DNA of 64,000 bases, from the NCBI GenBank assembly GCA_963771465.1, contig CAVYTU010000017.1, positions 704,001-768,000 on the forward strand, written 5' to 3'. The stretch is from an uncultured delta proteobacterium. Lineage in GTDB: Bacteria > Desulfobacterota > Binatia > UBA9968. This document shows positions 61,273-64,000 of this stretch, one piece after another. The notes under the pieces are model-generated. The model made no database searches, was not told where the DNA came from, and saw only the letters and a program-made list of their open reading frames with translations. Made by a program: the position numbers and the translations under genes. How positions within the stretch are numbered: the stretch's first letter is position 1; each line of letters starts with the position of its first letter.

Positions 61273-61971
61273 ATGTCTGAACGGATCGTTTCCATGCATG
61301 CCGCCCATCGTAGCGGCAAAGAAGTCGTCGATGGTTTTCTTTCGCGTCCATCGATTGGCGGCGAACGGCCGGCGGTCGTTTTAGTCCATGGTTATCGCGG
61401 ACTCGACGACGGCCAGCGCGCGGTGACGCGGCGATTCGCTCAGGAAGGTTTTGTTTGCCTCTCGCCCGACCTTTTTCACGGCAAGACCTATCACACGCTG
61501 GAAGATTGCGCGCTCAAGAAGACTTCACTCGATATTCCGCGCGCCGTTGCCAACATCGTCGACAGCGTACCCTATCTCAGAAAACTGCCGTGGGTCGGCA
61601 AGAAAAAAATCGCTGTCTTGGGTTTCTGCATGGGCGGCGGTTTGGCGCTCTACGCCTTGGCCCAATCCAAAGCCTTCGATGCCGGCGTGATCTATTACCA
61701 AAGCATGTTTCCCGACCCGGAGGATTTAAAGAGCATCAGCGCGCCGATGCTTTGCCACTACGGTACCGAGGATCACGGCACGACTCAAACAGAAATCGAC
61801 ATGTTTCGCGAGAGCCTGGACCGCTACAAAAGAAAGTATCAGATCGAGATGTATGCCGGCGCCGGTCACGCGTTCTTGAACAATCCATCGAGTAAGATCG
61901 CCGCCAATCGTGGCGCGGCGGAAAAATCGGTTGGTAGCACGACGAAGTGGCTGAAAAAAACATTGGCGTAG
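61273..61971 (+). CDS. Dienelactone hydrolase family
   Basis: GFCMGG nucleophile motif, 'G.ED', 'Y.GAGHAF.N'. Confidence 0.9.
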   Translation: MSERIVSMHAAHRSGKEVVDGFLSRPSIGGERPAVVLVHGYRGLDDGQRAVTRRFAQEGFVCLSPDLFHGKTYHTLEDCALKKTSLDIPRAVANIVDSVPYLRKLPWVGKKKIAVLGFCMGGGLALYALAQSKAFDAGVIYYQSMFPDPEDLKSISAPMLCHYGTEDHGTTQTEIDMFRESLDRYKRKYQIEMYAGAGHAFLNNPSSKIAANRGAAEKSVGSTTKWLKKTLA

Positions 61972-61998
61972 TTGATGGCGAATGACTGGAGTTTGGTG

Positions 61999-62304
61999 AT
62001 GGCAAATAAATGGGACGAGCGAAAAAAGGCGCAGGAAGATGAATACTTCGTCAAGAAAGAGCGCGAGCAATTGGCCAAGCTTAAGGCCAAGCAGGATGCC
62101 GAAGCCAAAGAGGCGACGAAGATAGCCACTTATATGAAATGCCCCAAATGCGGCGAACCGCTCAAGGCGCGCAGCTTTCAGAAAATCGAGATCGACCAGT
62201 GCACTGGCTGCGGCGGTATTTGGCTCGACTCCGGCGAGTTGGAAAGCGTCGCCGAAAAGGAAGGCGGCAGCTGGTTGGGCAAGTTCTGGCAGAAAAACGG
62301 CTGA
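61999..62304 (+). CDS. Small protein: charged N-terminal helix plus zf-TFIIB-like Zn ribbon
   Basis: MANKWDERKKAQEDEYFVKKEREQLAKLK... then 'CPKC...ID.C..C.GIWLD.GELE'; GGAG RBS. Confidence 0.88.
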   Translation: MANKWDERKKAQEDEYFVKKEREQLAKLKAKQDAEAKEATKIATYMKCPKCGEPLKARSFQKIEIDQCTGCGGIWLDSGELESVAEKEGGSWLGKFWQKNG

Positions 62305-62355
62305 AGCGGGATGACAATCTAGTTACGTAAGGTCGATTCTAACAAGGAGACGGCG

Positions 62356-62916
62356 ATGAAAAAGCTCATCAGACATGTCGCGATTGTTTTGACGCTAACA
62401 GTGGTTCAGTTCACGGCGCCATTGGGCGCGCAAGAAGGTAAAATTGTTCCTTACGTGCCGACGCCGCAGGAAGTGGTGGATCGGATGCTCGAACTCGCTC
62501 AGGTTAAAGCGGGCGATGTGGTTTACGATCTTGGTTCGGGCGACGGACGGATCGTTGTGACGGCCGCCAAGAAATACGGCGTCAAAGCGATTGGTTTTGA
62601 AATCGACCCGCAGCGGATCAAAGAGTCCCATGAGAATATCAAAAAAGCCGGAGTCGAAAAATTGGTCGAGATTCGCCAGCAGGATATTCGCACCGTCGAT
62701 TTGTCGCAGGCGAGCGTGTTGACCATGTATCTGCTCCCGGAGGTCAATTTAATGATCCGGCCCAATATTTGGAAACAGATGAAAACCGGCTCGCGCATCG
62801 TATCCCACGATTTTGACATGGGCGATTGGAAACCGTTGAAAACCGAGCACATTAAAGACGGTTCGAGTTGGGATCATACGCTTTACCTTTGGCATGTCGA
62901 GGCGGGGAAGAAGTAG
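62356..62916 (+). CDS. Class I SAM methyltransferase, FAM173/aKMT-like, with hydrophobic N-terminus
   Basis: 'VPYVPTP..VV..ML.LA', 'DLGSGDGRIV..AA', 'G.EID', 'YLLP', 'G.RIVSHDF...W.P'; AAGGAG RBS. Confidence 0.88.
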   Translation: MKKLIRHVAIVLTLTVVQFTAPLGAQEGKIVPYVPTPQEVVDRMLELAQVKAGDVVYDLGSGDGRIVVTAAKKYGVKAIGFEIDPQRIKESHENIKKAGVEKLVEIRQQDIRTVDLSQASVLTMYLLPEVNLMIRPNIWKQMKTGSRIVSHDFDMGDWKPLKTEHIKDGSSWDHTLYLWHVEAGKK

Positions 62917-62939
62917 GTACGGTCGAGCGAGTAAATTCC

Positions 62940-64000
62940 ATGAAGCTCAAGCTGATCGTTTGTGGGGCGCTGGCCGCCACTTGTTATCTGACAGAGTCAG
63001 CGTCGGCGCAGATCAAGATCGGTGTCGCCGAGGCGTTGACCGGCAACGCTGCGCAGTATGGCGTGCCGATCCGCAAAGGCATCGAGCTTGCGGCAGGGGA
63101 GATCAACGCTGGCGGCGGGATCAACGGCAGCAAGATCGAGCTTGTCATCGAGGATGAGCAGGGGAAAAAAGAAGAGGCGATCAACGTTTTCAAGAAGCTC
63201 ATTTTTCAAGATAAGGTGCTGATGCTTTTTGGCCCGACCCTGTCCAATTCGGCGCAAGCCTCCGATCCGGTGGCGCAAGCGGCCAAGGTCGTCGTCTTTG
63301 GCACCTCGAATACCGCCGACGGCATCACGTCCATCGGTAACTTTGTTTTCCGCAACTCGGTTACCGAGGCGGATATTTTACCGGTGACGTTGAAAGTGGC
63401 GGCGCAGAAAACCGGCCTGAAAAAAGTCGCGGTGTTTTACGGCAACGACGACATCTTCACCAAGAGCGGCTACGACAATTTCAAGAAAGCGCTGGAGGCG
63501 CTTAAGATTCCGGTGACGACCACGGAGACATTTGCCAAAGGCGATGTGGATTTCAAACCGCAGCTGACCAAGGTCAAGTCGAGCAACCCCGATGCGATCG
63601 TGTTGTCGGCGTTGGTCGCCGAAGGGGCTCCGGCGATGGTTCAAGCCCGGCAACTGGGTATCGCTCTGCCGTTCATCGGCGGCAACGGTATGAACTCCCC
63701 CAAGATTTTCGACCTGGCGAAAGACAATTCTGATAACTTGTGGGTGGGCAGCCCTTGGTCCAGCGAGAATCCCGCGGCCGAGAATAAACGCTTCATCGCC
63801 AGCTATCAGAAAGCGCATGGCGCTTTACCGGACCAGTTTGCCGCGCAAGCCTATGACGCGTTGTATATCGTGGCTCAGGCGCTCAAAAAGATAAAACTCA
63901 ACGGCAAACTGGAAGCGGACCGCGCCGGGCTGCGCAATGCGCTGCCGGCAACTCAATGGGCCGGCGCCACCGGCCCCTTCAAATTCCGCCAGGTTAACGA
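62940..64000 (+). CDS. Branched-chain amino acid ABC solute-binding protein (runs off the 3' edge)
   Basis: Hand translation: signal peptide, 'IKIG...LTG..A.YG', 'EINAGGGING.KIEL..ED', 'DF.PQLTK.K..NPD', 'AAQAYDA'. Confidence 0.9.
   Translation, partial: MKLKLIVCGALAATCYLTESASAQIKIGVAEALTGNAAQYGVPIRKGIELAAGEINAGGGINGSKIELVIEDEQGKKEEAINVFKKLIFQDKVLMLFGPTLSNSAQASDPVAQAAKVVVFGTSNTADGITSIGNFVFRNSVTEADILPVTLKVAAQKTGLKKVAVFYGNDDIFTKSGYDNFKKALEALKIPVTTTETFAKGDVDFKPQLTKVKSSNPDAIVLSALVAEGAPAMVQARQLGIALPFIGGNGMNSPKIFDLAKDNSDNLWVGSPWSSENPAAENKRFIASYQKAHGALPDQFAAQAYDALYIVAQALKKIKLNGKLEADRAGLRNALPATQWAGATGPFKFRQVN

Overview
A GC-rich, gene-dense bacterial window. The gene order (tsaB-DUF465-ilvBN-ilvC-psd-pssA-leuA) and the many orphan solute-binding proteins and amidohydrolases suggest a Deltaproteobacteria-like lineage, possibly Ca. 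Binatia; this is inference. Bases 1-24.7 kb are accessory/catabolic: xth, amidohydrolases, ABC solute-binding proteins, an LLM oxidoreductase-hydantoinase A/B-SDR-aldolase-decarboxylase run, a PqqC/CADD-like protein, ltaE, lspA, bactofilin and a UbiD decarboxylase. Bases 25-54.7 kb are core: tRNA-Leu(GAG), secG-tpiA-pgk, tol-pal-cpoB, ribF, RluA-family synthase, rho, rpsB-tsf-pyrH-frr-uppS-cdsA-dxr-rseP-tsaB, ilv/leu genes, asd and truA. A small accessory islet follows, then leuCD and several small genes. Top observations: (1) a 101-aa protein whose N-terminal helix matches the inhibitory helix of mitochondrial IF1 and is fused to a Zn ribbon, directly upstream of a FAM173/ATPSCKMT-like methyltransferase, a possible bacterial ATP-synthase regulatory module; (2) a peroxiredoxin-like selenoprotein (UxxC, in-frame UGA plus SECIS-like hairpin) truncated in the ORF track; (3) a tandem beta-barrel plus caspase-fold His/Cys protein preceded by a small Cys/His ORF; (4) a sigma54-type promoter and 10-bp direct repeats upstream of an Xis/BldC-like HTH gene beside the tRNA. 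Several single-base frameshifts may be sequencing errors. All family calls come from motif recognition by eye; no searches were run.
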